Below, in pieces: positions 35,101-45,106 of a stretch of 64,000 nt of DNA. How positions within the stretch are numbered: position 1 is the first letter of the stretch; every line of letters starts with the position of its first letter. The stretch is taken from the IMG/VR virus record IMGVR_UViG_3300042383_001692; one strand, 5' to 3'. The notes below the pieces were generated by a model, which ran no database searches, was not told the DNA's origin, and saw nothing but the letters and a program-made list of their open reading frames with translations. Origin of the DNA: an uncultured virus (IMG/VR IMGVR_UViG_3300042383_001692) (lineage: Duplodnaviria > Heunggongvirae > Uroviricota > Caudoviricetes). The translations under genes were made by a program, and so were the position numbers.

Positions 35101-37229
35101 CTACCACGTCGGACGTCCTTCTAGACATATTAGGCAGCAAGCTTTCTCTGGACTTGAAACCCGGCGCGGTCAAGCAGGCGTCTGTCAGCATAGGGAAAGC
35201 AGCGTTTGTCAATCGACAAAACGATGCCATTTTTACTCGTGTTGTTAGCACAGATGGCGTCAGTCACTCAATACTAAGCGGCAGCCGCTACGTGGATTCC
35301 CAGACTGGGATTGGCGGTACCAATCTTGGGTTTGACTATCCGGTCAACCCAATTTCCAACGCCAACTTTGTTGGATCCAACGGCCTGGTTTCAACCAGAG
35401 ACTGGCGCATGATTTTGTATCAGGGCCGCCTTTTCCCATTTTCCGCGTCCAGCGTGGGGCTGCCCAGTGGTTTTGGAAACAACAATCGAGCCTACATGAT
35501 CAAAGGCGGCGAAATTGTTCGATACTCTGATTTTTCCTGGCAAAACCGAGGGACAAACAACTTCACAACGTGGTGCATGATTCCTACTTATTACACGCCG
35601 ATATTCCCTTCGGTGAAAGGACAGGCCTTTGTGCAGCAGTGGTCCATTCTCTCTCCCACTGTTGCACAGGTAACAGTGGATCAGCCAACTTCCAATCAAT
35701 GGATAGAGCCGGGAGACAAGTTTTCAGACATACAGAATCTTGCCGGTCTGCGGGTGTACATCAACAGCAAGAGTGGCTACTACTCTGTGGAGGAGGATGT
35801 CAAGCACTACGCTGTTTCATCCGCGCCCAGCAACAACGCCGACTCAGCCAGCACGCTTACGTTTACGCCGGCTCTCAAGGCCGGTGCGGACTCGATGAAC
35901 GTGCAGGAAGAAAGAGCAAAGGATGCAGACAAGCAGATCAAGGAAATTGCCGTTGTGTCAGGCAGGGAGCAGTTTGAAACCAGTTCCGGCATGCAAAGCT
36001 ATGCAGATCCTCTATGCTTTTATCCGGTGGGATCTGACGCCACGGAAAAAGCGGATTCGTTCATCAAGGTGAATTACTGGACCATGAACGCCGGGTTGTA
36101 CAACAGCGCAAAGGACAACCTGAAATACGCATGCAACCTGGCCGGCGTGTTTGATGTTCAGTTTATGGATACGAGCCCGGCGCTGCCGACGCTTGCTGCG
36201 TCGGCATCCAACTTCCTCATTGAGCTGACTGGCGCGGTGACAACAAGCTCTTCCATCACAGTCAACATGCGCAGTGCGTATACGCTTTTGATTGAAGTAA
36301 AGGCCGGCGGCATTTTGACGCTTACTCTCTCCACGCAGTTTGGTTTTTCTCCCGCAAAAAACATCAGTGGCAACGGCGACGGAAATGCACAGGTAATTGC
36401 AAAGGCGTCAATCCCGGTGTCGGATTTTGAAATCGCCGGCACGCGAGACTTCCGCATTATCTTGCGCAAGGAAAGGCTGATGGTGGAAATGGACATGCAG
36501 CCAGTGTGGACGTTTGACCTGAAGACATACAAATTTGGAGGAGCCAAGTTTGATCAGTTTGATCTGTTTACGGATCAAGCCGGCCCTCTGACCATGACGC
36601 TAAGCGGCGTGTCCAGTTCATCTCACAAGCTGGTTGAACTGTCCGACGAGGTTGAGAATCAGATTATTGACATGGCGCAGTCCGGAGGAGAAGCGGTTCA
36701 GTTTGTCACTAGAGAAAGACACATTCATGTGCGCTCCACGCAAAACGGCGGTCTTCAGTTTGGGCGTTTCATGGACGACAACAGAACTTCCGTGTCGCTT
36801 ACTTCTTCGGGCGCGGCCTTGACAGAAAACTTCATCAAGGATCAGCTGGAATACAACCCATTTCAGGTGCCCGGGCACGTGCTAGTGACCGGCGCGGAAT
36901 ACGGCGAGCATCTGGATCCGGAATGGATTCGACAAAACGGCTACATGTTTGCTTCCAATCAGAACCGACTGCTGGACACAGTGGAAGATTCCATTCGGGA
37001 AGCCAAGCTACTGATTCGCATGTCCAAAGAGGATTCGGACAACTCGGATTTGGAGATGGTTGGCCTTCCTCACATTCAGCCGGAAGATCAAATCAAAAAG
37101 GTTTATTCCTTTCCGGAGACGGTGGCAGCAAACGAGCAGGATCAGATTGTGTCTGCTCACGCCATCCAGTTTGATCAATCGTCACTAAAATCGTTGTTCA
37201 AAATTCGTAGAAAATATTCCATGGAGTAA
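32148..37229 (+). CDS. large tail tip / baseplate hub protein
   Basis: 1693 aa beta-rich; C-terminal GLPHIQPEDQI hub-like motif; ATGA coupling. Confidence 0.65.
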   Translation: MRNVPSGDQNLVDAAALNPRKPYYKTTYRNDILRFATPAPAVPGAASPIPISYTAVGASSFYAAGYTAGGDLKAMQFTPSATGGPDLSASSGTTTIRAITDSNKATLRGNWQNGIYFYAVYTSSLGNISLGRTFASGNLAPTNQGVPSGLPQAFITNASGTTKASAVRPSARIVMEHGDQLIVMTSYKFMEEINQMVCTMTFYHSEPNLQVFRRLRTVIQYECTDTVSTTGQFDVNSGRVFAMSYSAGKFFVIANDGTKAIRFTYNQGVEGMAEPIIPIDIDANRLEITDQTNGQKTYGKYHQFMPSSIAKINNRYYLNGQMTRTYSNGDMRVMEIYLWSADGINWSIGDVSSFIDAHYYKRGETVKLRNYCLVYWPGSSTLYAIGSGCGTSATAREIDAGVVETDFSSTVISGHIQNATNSADKADLLVMKGFNTVDPAVLGGKTITVELGYYNASNELRSTKMGEYFVDSELHELNSFGRGPNRVTTTDSGSWKLTRWSSITDIDRWSSTYIKDDLKVLSKLIVKGISSDYQAIDNATGTGLYLSNLNDPFVGYTSTRDDRDGMFTVCARFVRTGTGANAMAKLSSIGLLIGAEDYTDIYTKGAADRKGFNAIMIPAESTWTGRAKTGPEMRKSNLKRRADDPSTPENESDADKAFQWIRRYTSLWERDVYAPDGDSAYNKITANTASATGAGTGSGAVIYTSAFTAEHNTDYEFVVRKQSGRIQTFARKKGRTESTVAAATHTEYQLIHQYQFTREDIMNWGPRPFWGLVANTDVFASLDGWNSREYGNIETGLTEAYNIIGGFSDFPDSNLASYGFQEVIGSQGGYQTIVIPGETQQFYSEGNLEIIETKKPVSYQIFVGEVNQSVSYIEDCPVQSLHVGEIVRCLIFSDLGGATTGSIITQVNCGHNIIRQGAGQNINPRAEFITIIASIETVQDGRKRIRFGRRWSIGGSPTAITGENFDYAIYKVGYSDQYARAFSGSTTSDVLLDILGSKLSLDLKPGAVKQASVSIGKAAFVNRQNDAIFTRVVSTDGVSHSILSGSRYVDSQTGIGGTNLGFDYPVNPISNANFVGSNGLVSTRDWRMILYQGRLFPFSASSVGLPSGFGNNNRAYMIKGGEIVRYSDFSWQNRGTNNFTTWCMIPTYYTPIFPSVKGQAFVQQWSILSPTVAQVTVDQPTSNQWIEPGDKFSDIQNLAGLRVYINSKSGYYSVEEDVKHYAVSSAPSNNADSASTLTFTPALKAGADSMNVQEERAKDADKQIKEIAVVSGREQFETSSGMQSYADPLCFYPVGSDATEKADSFIKVNYWTMNAGLYNSAKDNLKYACNLAGVFDVQFMDTSPALPTLAASASNFLIELTGAVTTSSSITVNMRSAYTLLIEVKAGGILTLTLSTQFGFSPAKNISGNGDGNAQVIAKASIPVSDFEIAGTRDFRIILRKERLMVEMDMQPVWTFDLKTYKFGGAKFDQFDLFTDQAGPLTMTLSGVSSSSHKLVELSDEVENQIIDMAQSGGEAVQFVTRERHIHVRSTQNGGLQFGRFMDDNRTSVSLTSSGAALTENFIKDQLEYNPFQVPGHVLVTGAEYGEHLDPEWIRQNGYMFASNQNRLLDTVEDSIREAKLLIRMSKEDSDNSDLEMVGLPHIQPEDQIKKVYSFPETVAANEQDQIVSAHAIQFDQSSLKSLFKIRRKYSME

Positions 37230-37231
37230 TT

Positions 37232-40200
37232 ATGATTGTCAAGCACAGCACGGATGAAACCCCAAAGCCAACGCCGGTGAGCCTAAGGCTGGCTCGCGTA
37301 GTTTCCATTGGAAATGGAACTGTGGACGTGTGTCCAGTAGGGTCGTCCGTGGTGCTGCATGACATCCCAGTGACGTCGGCAACGACAATGCAGGTAGGGG
37401 ATGTGATTAACCTGCAGATGATCGACAACAAGAGGTTTGCGTTTGCGCAGCAGAACGTGACAGCCGCGGATCAGTCGGTTACGCAGAACATCACTGTTGC
37501 CACGGTCAACCAGACGGGATCCGGAGGTTCTGGAACAACAGGGATATTGACCGCCGGTCTGGGGCTTGGCGGAGGAGGAAGCATGTCCTCCAACATATCG
37601 CTGTACGTCAACGCCGGAAGCGGCATTTCCGTCAGCTCGGATTTTGTGTCCGTGGACAGCACCGTGGTCCGCACGTCGAGGTCCATCCTGGCGGGAAGCG
37701 GACTTTCTGGCGGAGGCGATTTCGACGCCGACCGCACGCTGTCAATTTCCCTTGCTGCGCAAAGCGGATTGAATACAACAAGCGGGCTGGCCATTTCCAC
37801 CGCCGCGGGAACGGGGTTGGAGATCAGCAACAACGTTCTTCAATTGAACAGCAACGTTGCAGGAAACGGTCTGGCGTTTTCATCCGGAGTAATTGGCGTT
37901 GGAGCGGGCAACGGCGTCAGCGTGTCTGACAATTCTGTCGCGGTCAACCAGGCGTATTCGTTTGTCTGGAGCGCGCAGCATGCATTCAACAGCGGATTCA
38001 ACGCTGCGGCAAGCACGTTCACCGGGCTGCTGACTGGAACTTCCGGCACGTTTAGTGGGAGCGTAAGCGTTGGCACAACAAACGGGGGGCTCAACGTGGG
38101 CACTGCGACAGGTGCAGCCACAGGCGAAGTGCGCGCCAGCACGCTGTCGCTGGCCGGCGCAACACAAGGCACGCAGGGCCAGATTCGAACCTCCGCCGCG
38201 TATGCCAACAGCGATTTTCAAGGACTCGCGATTGCAAACACGGGCAATGCCGGCCTGACGCTCCAGACCGCATCGATTTCGCTTCTGGGTGTGAACGAAT
38301 CGGCTCGCCTTGTGGGCGGAAACCAGAATTCGGGCGACGGCGCTCCTGGGTTTTTTGCCGTGTGGACGCGCGCAAATTCAACCACAATCGAAGAGCGGCT
38401 GCGCGTCAACAGCGTCGGCAACGTCGGCATCGGCATTGCTGCGCCGGTCGCAACGGCCAGCAGATTTGTGCATTTGTCTGGCACAACATCAGAGCTTCAT
38501 CTGACGAGTGATTCGTCTGGCCATGTCCAAAACGACGGCCTTTCGATTCAGATGTGGTCAGACAACACTGCCTATTTTGTGCAGCGAGAAAACGCTGCAA
38601 TGGAATTCTGGACCAATAACATCAGGCGAGCTGTAATTGACAGCGCTGGTCGTCTTGGGATTGGAAACTTCTCTCCATCGTATTCGCTGGATGTTTCCGG
38701 AGAGATGCGCGCATCTTCGTCGGCAAATCCAAGAATAATCCTTGAATCCACAGGATCGTCTGCATCTTCTCGTTCGTTTTTGCGGTTCAGCGGCACAGTG
38801 GCCGGCGAGTTCATGAGCATCGGATATTACCCGGACGCAAGCCCGCGCCGCATGCACATTAACTACAACAGCGAGTCGGCGTCCCTGCCCATCATGTCGC
38901 TGACGTCGACCAACAGGGTCGGCATTAACATGCAGACGCCTTCTTATACACTGGACGTATCCGGAGACGTTCGGGCAAGCGGGGCAGTCAACGTCGGCAC
39001 CGCCGCCGGGACCACGGCCGGATATTTGTACACAAGCGGAAGAATAGGCGTCGGGAAAAATGCGGCGGATTATCCGCTGGACGTAGTGGGCGACATTTAC
39101 AGCTCTGCATCGGTGCGCGCAAACACGAGCGTGATCACGCAGGAGCTGACAGGTGCCGGGGCATCTACGTCCGTGTCGTTGACAAACGGCACCGGGTTTA
39201 GGAGCAGTCAATACTTGTCCGGATTTGCGGGCAACGGCTGGCGGATTTACAGGCAGGACAACTCCACAAAAGCGGAGTGGGAAGTGGACAACCTGACCGT
39301 GCGCGGCACGCTCAGCGTGTACGAGCTGCTGATTCAACAGATCCGCGCAACCAACGGATCCATATTTGTTTCTGCCGCCGCAAAAATTGAATCGGTGACC
39401 GGAACCGGGCCGTACACGCTGACCGTGGAAGGGGGATCAAGCGACTACGCGCCGTTTGCCGTCGGAGATGTGATTCGCGCGCAGCGCGTGTCGCTGGGAA
39501 CGTCCACGCTGGTGTGGCAAAGCGACCTTACGGTCACGGCAATCAACGTGGGCTCCAACCCTCGAGCGTTTACCGCCACGCTGCGGTCGGGCAGTACTGT
39601 CCCTGCAGCGGGCATGGAATACGTGCGCCTTGGAAACACAACCGATACAAGCCGGCAGGGTGCGGTTTATCTTACGGCGGACGACAGCGGCGCTCCGTTT
39701 ATTGATATTGTGGATGGAATCACAAGCCATGCAGATTGGGGAACTCCCAGCAAGATCAAGTCAAGAATCGGAAGGCTGAACGGAATTCTAGGCGGACCAA
39801 CGGCCAACTACGGCATATGGTCTGGCACGGGAACATCCAACGCGGATTCCTGGGTGAAGATGGCCGAAGACGGCATCCTGCTTAACAACGTGCCGCTCAG
39901 GATGTACAGCGGCGGCAACCAGACCGTGGACTTCGCCGCCAGCGGCAACCTGAAGATAGGGACAAACGTCGCCAACGCGTCAACCACGGCGTTGAACTGG
40001 GACGGCGCAACGCTTTCCATCAAGGGAAACATCACAGTAACTGGAGGAGACGCGGAGACAACCAGCGGCGCGCAGTCAAAGGCAAACGCTGCGCGCGACA
40101 CTGCGCAGACATATTCCGATACAGAACTTGGAAAAATCGTCGGCAAGACAAACGGCAAACTGGCGTTTGCGGTTGCCGCTGCGCCCACCGCCGGAAGCGG

Positions 40201-42940
40201 CTTGTATCTGGGATCCACCTATTTGGGGTATTACAGCGGCGGGTGGAAAACCTACATGAACAGCACCGGGCAGTTTTATCTTTCCGGATTGGGAAACAAC
40301 GGGCTTTCGTGGGATGGATCGGCGCTTGCCATTGATGGAGATCTCACGGCAAGATCCGGATATTTTGCGGGGCCGGTTACGCTGTCCGAAGCTGGAGGCA
40401 TATGGCAGGGAGCAGGTGCATTTGCCAATCCTTCAAACGGAATGAAGATTTGGGCGGATACCGTATCTGAAGTTTTTCAAATCAATCTTTCCGGTGCAAC
40501 TTCCGGCACATTCACAATTACTGTTGGCGCAAACACAACCAGCCCTGCGCTTAACTGGAACGCAAGCGCCGCAACCGTTCAATCGGCGGTTACGAATCTT
40601 GCTTCTGTGGGAGCTGGAAACGCAACTGTGACTCTAAACTCCGGAGTGTATTTGATTACGTTTATTGGAGCAAGAATTGGTCAGGATTTAACTGCAAGCG
40701 CAAATCTGGCAAGCATTGTCGGCGGAACAAAGACTGCAACAACGATTCGCCACGGCTCTCTTGCGGGAAAAATTGCGGCGTTTGACTCATCTGATGAGCG
40801 CGTGGTGTTTGGAAATTTGAAAGGCGCGTACGATTACTCTGAAGACAATTTTGGTCTTGCAGCAGGACGGTATGCCACATCGTGGATTGGGATTGATGCG
40901 ATTAACGGCATTCGCGTTATGAACAGCACCACGGAACGCTTCCGAGTAACTACGGGAGGGGTGGTGACTGTTGGAAATTCAAGCGCGGCAGCAGAACCAT
41001 ATATTTCCATTGACGCCACCAACGGCTTTCGCGTTATGCAGTCAACCACGGAAAAATTCAGAATCGCTACATCTGGAACTCTTTTGATTGGAGATCAGAA
41101 CGGATCAGACCCGTTTATATCCATGGATTCCACAAACGGAATCAGAATCCGAGATGGAGGCGTCACGGAATTTCAGGTTGATTTGAACGGAAACGTAATT
41201 GTTGGTCCCGCAACTGCCAACAATGTTCAGATTACCTCTTCAGCACTGAACATTCGGCGCGGATCTGCAAACATGCTGTCGCTAGACAGCACTTCCATGA
41301 CGATCAACAACAGCGCTGGAAGTGCGGTTATTACGATGAACAACAGCGGCGGCGCAAGCTTTTCCAACACAATTACGGTTGGAAACAGAATAGGAATTGT
41401 TCCGGGAACAGGAACGGATCCATATATAGCCATCGGAGGAACAACATACCCCACAGGTTTTCTTGCTGCAGGCACCACCGGAATCTGGATGGGAAGCGAA
41501 AGCAATTTGCCCAAGATGCGCGTTGGCGTCACAAACGCATCCGGCGTCCTAACGTCGGGCATGCAGTGGGACGGAAGCTCTTTGACCGTCAACGGGGCCA
41601 TCACCGCGCAAAGCGGATCTATTGAAGGAATTCTTTCTATTGGATCAAGCGGTGGAGTTTATCAAGGCAACGGAACATTTGCTTCTCCGGGAACCGGGCT
41701 AAAAATATTTTCTTCCGAAGTCAATCACGTTTCTTCCATTACCGTTACAGCAACGGGGGGCACTTTTACAATCACCGTTGTCAGAACGGACACAGGGGCA
41801 AGCGCAACTACGGGAAGCCTGGCATACAACATTGCCGCCACTGGAACCACTTCCATGCAGGCGTCTCTGCAGGCGCTTTCATCCGTAGGATCAGGAAATG
41901 CTACTGTTACAAAAACAGGGAACGTTTACACCATCACGTTTGCAGGTGCCCGGGCATCCACAAAAATGACGGTTACCGTTGCCACAGGATCATTGACCGG
42001 CGGCACGGCCACCGTTGCTACCGTAACGGACGGCGGCGTCATTGGAAGAATTGCTGGTTATAGCCTTGGAACAGAGCAATGGTCTACTGATACAGACGGA
42101 AAGTTTTACGCGGCGGGAGGATTGGTAATCATTGATCAAAACTCAATTTCAATCACTCCTTCTACAAGCAGTGTATGGAGCGGAATTCCTGATTCCAGAA
42201 GATCTATTCAATGGCAAATTCCTGGATATCAGTCGGGAGTCATGCTTACTGGAACTGTAAACGCGGTCACTCCTTATCTAGGAGAATTTAGCATTAACAT
42301 AGGAAATGGTCCTGATTCTTGGACGCCGTACATTACATGTGGAGGATCGTATATTTCTCCATATGACATACGTCTTTATGGGGACGTTGATATTTCTCAA
42401 GGAAGTTTGAGAATCTTGACCGGTCTTAACGTTGGCTCCGCCACTGGCGCAGCTGCTGGTCAGATTAAGGCCTCTGCCGGAATTATTGCAACAACTGCTG
42501 CTTTTTCAAGCACGCTTGCAGTTACAGGCGCAAGCACATTGACCGGAGCGCTGTCTGTTGACGGAGAGCTTGGACACTCCACATCTTCCACGTGGATCAA
42601 CACAGGCATTTCTTTTGTCGCTAACTGGTCAAACTTTGCAGCAGACGAAACCACATGGTCGTTTGCCCGCTACAAGCGAATAGGAGATCTTGTGTTTTTG
42701 CGCGGCATGATCAAAAGAGCGTCTGGAACCGGATTGTCAACCTCTCCGTTTACTCTGCCTGCAAACTTTCGTCCCGCAAAGCGGCAAGTTTTTGTTGTAA
42801 TGGGCCTCAGAAACGGGCAATCTGCTGCGACAATCAGAACGGACGTGCTTGCGACAGGAGTTGTTCAGTTCTCTGACATCGACACTACGTCCGCTTACGA
42901 TTACATTTCTCTCAACGGAATTGTGTTTAGCGTAGCGTAG
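37232..42940 (+). CDS. tail fibre / receptor-binding protein
   Basis: G/S/T-rich, GNVGIG-type repeats, DNLTVRG..VYELLIQQIRATNG segment, C-terminal YKRIGDLVFLRG...FTLPANFRP receptor-binding head motif. Confidence 0.85.
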   Translation: MIVKHSTDETPKPTPVSLRLARVVSIGNGTVDVCPVGSSVVLHDIPVTSATTMQVGDVINLQMIDNKRFAFAQQNVTAADQSVTQNITVATVNQTGSGGSGTTGILTAGLGLGGGGSMSSNISLYVNAGSGISVSSDFVSVDSTVVRTSRSILAGSGLSGGGDFDADRTLSISLAAQSGLNTTSGLAISTAAGTGLEISNNVLQLNSNVAGNGLAFSSGVIGVGAGNGVSVSDNSVAVNQAYSFVWSAQHAFNSGFNAAASTFTGLLTGTSGTFSGSVSVGTTNGGLNVGTATGAATGEVRASTLSLAGATQGTQGQIRTSAAYANSDFQGLAIANTGNAGLTLQTASISLLGVNESARLVGGNQNSGDGAPGFFAVWTRANSTTIEERLRVNSVGNVGIGIAAPVATASRFVHLSGTTSELHLTSDSSGHVQNDGLSIQMWSDNTAYFVQRENAAMEFWTNNIRRAVIDSAGRLGIGNFSPSYSLDVSGEMRASSSANPRIILESTGSSASSRSFLRFSGTVAGEFMSIGYYPDASPRRMHINYNSESASLPIMSLTSTNRVGINMQTPSYTLDVSGDVRASGAVNVGTAAGTTAGYLYTSGRIGVGKNAADYPLDVVGDIYSSASVRANTSVITQELTGAGASTSVSLTNGTGFRSSQYLSGFAGNGWRIYRQDNSTKAEWEVDNLTVRGTLSVYELLIQQIRATNGSIFVSAAAKIESVTGTGPYTLTVEGGSSDYAPFAVGDVIRAQRVSLGTSTLVWQSDLTVTAINVGSNPRAFTATLRSGSTVPAAGMEYVRLGNTTDTSRQGAVYLTADDSGAPFIDIVDGITSHADWGTPSKIKSRIGRLNGILGGPTANYGIWSGTGTSNADSWVKMAEDGILLNNVPLRMYSGGNQTVDFAASGNLKIGTNVANASTTALNWDGATLSIKGNITVTGGDAETTSGAQSKANAARDTAQTYSDTELGKIVGKTNGKLAFAVAAAPTAGSGLYLGSTYLGYYSGGWKTYMNSTGQFYLSGLGNNGLSWDGSALAIDGDLTARSGYFAGPVTLSEAGGIWQGAGAFANPSNGMKIWADTVSEVFQINLSGATSGTFTITVGANTTSPALNWNASAATVQSAVTNLASVGAGNATVTLNSGVYLITFIGARIGQDLTASANLASIVGGTKTATTIRHGSLAGKIAAFDSSDERVVFGNLKGAYDYSEDNFGLAAGRYATSWIGIDAINGIRVMNSTTERFRVTTGGVVTVGNSSAAAEPYISIDATNGFRVMQSTTEKFRIATSGTLLIGDQNGSDPFISMDSTNGIRIRDGGVTEFQVDLNGNVIVGPATANNVQITSSALNIRRGSANMLSLDSTSMTINNSAGSAVITMNNSGGASFSNTITVGNRIGIVPGTGTDPYIAIGGTTYPTGFLAAGTTGIWMGSESNLPKMRVGVTNASGVLTSGMQWDGSSLTVNGAITAQSGSIEGILSIGSSGGVYQGNGTFASPGTGLKIFSSEVNHVSSITVTATGGTFTITVVRTDTGASATTGSLAYNIAATGTTSMQASLQALSSVGSGNATVTKTGNVYTITFAGARASTKMTVTVATGSLTGGTATVATVTDGGVIGRIAGYSLGTEQWSTDTDGKFYAAGGLVIIDQNSISITPSTSSVWSGIPDSRRSIQWQIPGYQSGVMLTGTVNAVTPYLGEFSINIGNGPDSWTPYITCGGSYISPYDIRLYGDVDISQGSLRILTGLNVGSATGAAAGQIKASAGIIATTAAFSSTLAVTGASTLTGALSVDGELGHSTSSTWINTGISFVANWSNFAADETTWSFARYKRIGDLVFLRGMIKRASGTGLSTSPFTLPANFRPAKRQVFVVMGLRNGQSAATIRTDVLATGVVQFSDIDTTSAYDYISLNGIVFSVA

Positions 42941-42944
42941 CTTT

Positions 42945-43400
42945 TTACAAAAGCCCTTTGACGGAGAGCTCCTGCTTAAGGGATTCGTATTGCTCCAGCT
43001 TCTGCTTGTTTTCGGGATTGGCAGGGCTGGAGCGGATCCATTCCGGCAGGTAGTCCAGAATCTCGTTCTGCACCTCGTTGGTAAAAGCCGGGTCTCTCCT
43101 GATCAACTCCCGAACGATCGGCTCCATAAAATCGCGTTCAATCTCTTTGGTGGACGGATATTCCCGCCGTTTGTCGGAGGTGATTTTTATGGTTTCATAG
43201 GTTGGAAGGCTGTCCGTAAACGGAAGGACAACATACTTGCTGTCCTTGTTTCGAAACACTACGCACACTTCAGTCACCATAAAACAGTCCACGTTTCTCA
43301 GGGAAGCCCTCGTGATCTTTTCTCCGTTTGGGTGAACAACCAGGTTAATAAACAAAGTCTTGGCCTGTTCAAATGCGGCAAATGCGGTTGCTTTATCCAT
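42945..43400 (-). CDS. hypothetical protein
   Basis: 151 aa, AAGGA SD, overlaps upstream ORF. Confidence 0.65.
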   Translation of the reverse strand: MDKATAFAAFEQAKTLFINLVVHPNGEKITRASLRNVDCFMVTEVCVVFRNKDSKYVVLPFTDSLPTYETIKITSDKRREYPSTKEIERDFMEPIVRELIRRDPAFTNEVQNEILDYLPEWIRSSPANPENKQKLEQYESLKQELSVKGLL

Positions 43401-43611
43401 GATTCATTTCCTTTTCGGCCAGCATGGGGTGCAGCCAGGTGTCCTGATACCCCTCCAGCTCTACGATTTTCAACTCCCGTTCCAAATTGACCTCGCGGAT
43501 CTTTCTTTCCTTTTCCGCAAGCTTGCGTTCAGCCACGTCTCTGCGAAGGTGCCGGGAGTGCACCACGACATCTCCCGGCTTTCCGCGCGACACAACGTAA
43601 TACCAGATCAT
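43393..43611 (-). CDS. hypothetical protein
   Basis: 72 aa, translationally coupled on both sides. Confidence 0.6.
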   Translation of the reverse strand: MIWYYVVSRGKPGDVVVHSRHLRRDVAERKLAEKERKIREVNLERELKIVELEGYQDTWLHPMLAEKEMNHG

Positions 43612-43757
43612 AGCGTCTCGGCCGTTTCCAGCTGCCGGTTGTTCTGGCGGTTGCGTTTTTCTTGTTCAATGCGTTCCTGCGCACGAATGGATTCCAGCAC
43701 CTTGTTGCGTTCTCTGGTGATCTTCCCCTTGTTCTTTCCGTTCTTCTTCTTGGCCAT
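43608..43757 (-). CDS. small basic protein (MAKKKNGKNKGK..., 49 aa; not in ORF track)
   Basis: AAAGGA SD, ATGA overlap with next gene. Confidence 0.65.
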   Translation of the reverse strand: MAKKKNGKNKGKITRERNKVLESIRAQERIEQEKRNRQNNRQLETAETL

Positions 43758-43822
43758 GACGAATTCCTTTGCTAAACATTTGCTAAATTCCTATGTTTTT
43801 TCTTTGCTAATGTTTGCTCAAC

Positions 43823-43850
43823 ACCATTTTGTTGACGCCAACAAAATGGT
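43823..43850. repeat. perfect 12-bp inverted repeat
   Basis: ACCATTTTGTTG-ACGC-CAACAAAATGGT abutting dcd stop. Confidence 0.8.
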
Positions 43851-44443
43851 CACACCTTGGCAAACACCGGACGCTGCGGCTGTCCCTGATATTTTCCGGC
43901 GCGGTCGGCATAGCTCACCATTACCGCGTTGTCCCCCTTGTGGAACACCAGCTGCGCAATCCCCTCCCCGATGTACACGCGCACCGGGCGGGTTGTAGTG
44001 TTGTGCAGCTCAATGGTGAGGAAGCCTTCCCACTCTGGCTCCAACGGCGTGACGTTGACGATCAGCCCGCAGCGAGCATAGGTGGATTTGCCCATGCATA
44101 CCGCCATCACGTCGCGCGGAATCCTAAAACGCTCCAGGCTGACGCCGAGCGCAAACCCGTGCGGGCGAATGGTAACGTATCGTCCGTATTTTCCGGTGAT
44201 GTTTCCAAGCATCTTCCACTGCGGGCGCTGATCCGCCTGATCCTTGGGATCCATGGCGTAATCCTCGATGCCGCGCGCGATTTCGTAAATCTCGTCGCCA
44301 ATTCGGATGTCGTATCCGAACGACGACAGGCCGTACGAGATGATGCGCTGACCGTTTTTTTCCCGCACCTGCTGCGGGAAAAAAGGATCGATCATGGTTC
44401 CGACTTCCTGCCTGTAAACGATTTCTTTGTCAGTAAGGATCAT
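43850..44443 (-). CDS. dcd: dCTP deaminase
   Basis: ISYGLSSFGYD, GKSTYARCG, PLEPEWEG, SYADRAGKYQGQ. Confidence 0.95.
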   Translation of the reverse strand: MILTDKEIVYRQEVGTMIDPFFPQQVREKNGQRIISYGLSSFGYDIRIGDEIYEIARGIEDYAMDPKDQADQRPQWKMLGNITGKYGRYVTIRPHGFALGVSLERFRIPRDVMAVCMGKSTYARCGLIVNVTPLEPEWEGFLTIELHNTTTRPVRVYIGEGIAQLVFHKGDNAVMVSYADRAGKYQGQPQRPVFAKV

Positions 44444-44445
44444 GA

Positions 44446-45084
44446 TTAAAAAGGATCATCCATAACCAGAATGATCGAATCTGGATTTGCGCTGGCAATC
44501 CGCTTTGCTTCTTCAATGGAAATAGGGATTGCTTTGTTTTCAGAAATCAAACGCAAAGATCCAATTCCAATTTCCGCAAGTCTGATTGCGTCAAGTCCTT
44601 TTGGCACGTCTGCGTCTGCGTCTCCTTGAAGCTCTTTTTGAAAACTCAGGTTCAGGGTATCTTCTTTTTCCAGTTCTTCAATAAGATCTTCCACTCCTTT
44701 CATGGATTCCGGGATTATTGCAAACTCAACCCCTTTTCCGTTTTCGACGATGTCCTGAAGTTTTTTGCGATCAAAATCGCAGTCGTACCAGGGAATCATT
44801 TCGGACATCACATCGTAAAGAGGAACGTATCCTCTCATTTGCTCTGCCTTGATTTCGCGTTCAAAGTGATCTTTGAGATGCTCTCTGGCCTGAATGGCGG
44901 TTTCCATGTTGTCAAAGTAATAGCATCTTCGGTCACGATCATATCGAATGTTCGGCTCTTTTGTCAAAGGTGAATGAGAGAAGTAAATTTCATACGTTGT
45001 TTTTTTGTCTGCAAAAATTCCTCCTTCATTTGCAAGCTTAAGAATAAATCTATTTATTTTGGTGTTTTTTTGATTGTTAATCAC
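44446..45084 (-). CDS. hypothetical protein
   Basis: 212 aa, AGGAGAG SD before GTG, AT-rich. Confidence 0.65.
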   Translation of the reverse strand: MINNQKNTKINRFILKLANEGGIFADKKTTYEIYFSHSPLTKEPNIRYDRDRRCYYFDNMETAIQAREHLKDHFEREIKAEQMRGYVPLYDVMSEMIPWYDCDFDRKKLQDIVENGKGVEFAIIPESMKGVEDLIEELEKEDTLNLSFQKELQGDADADVPKGLDAIRLAEIGIGSLRLISENKAIPISIEEAKRIASANPDSIILVMDDPF

Positions 45085-45098
45085 GGCTCTCCTATAAT
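45070..45098 (+). promoter_or_regulatory. sigma70-type promoter, leaderless
   Basis: TTGATT-17-TATAAT, ATG 8 nt downstream. Confidence 0.65.
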
Positions 45099-45106
45099 AT
45101 TTCGAT

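Noticed and set aside
42590..42940. Diversity-generating retroelement target at fibre C-terminus
   Set aside because: No reverse transcriptase and no template repeat seen in the window
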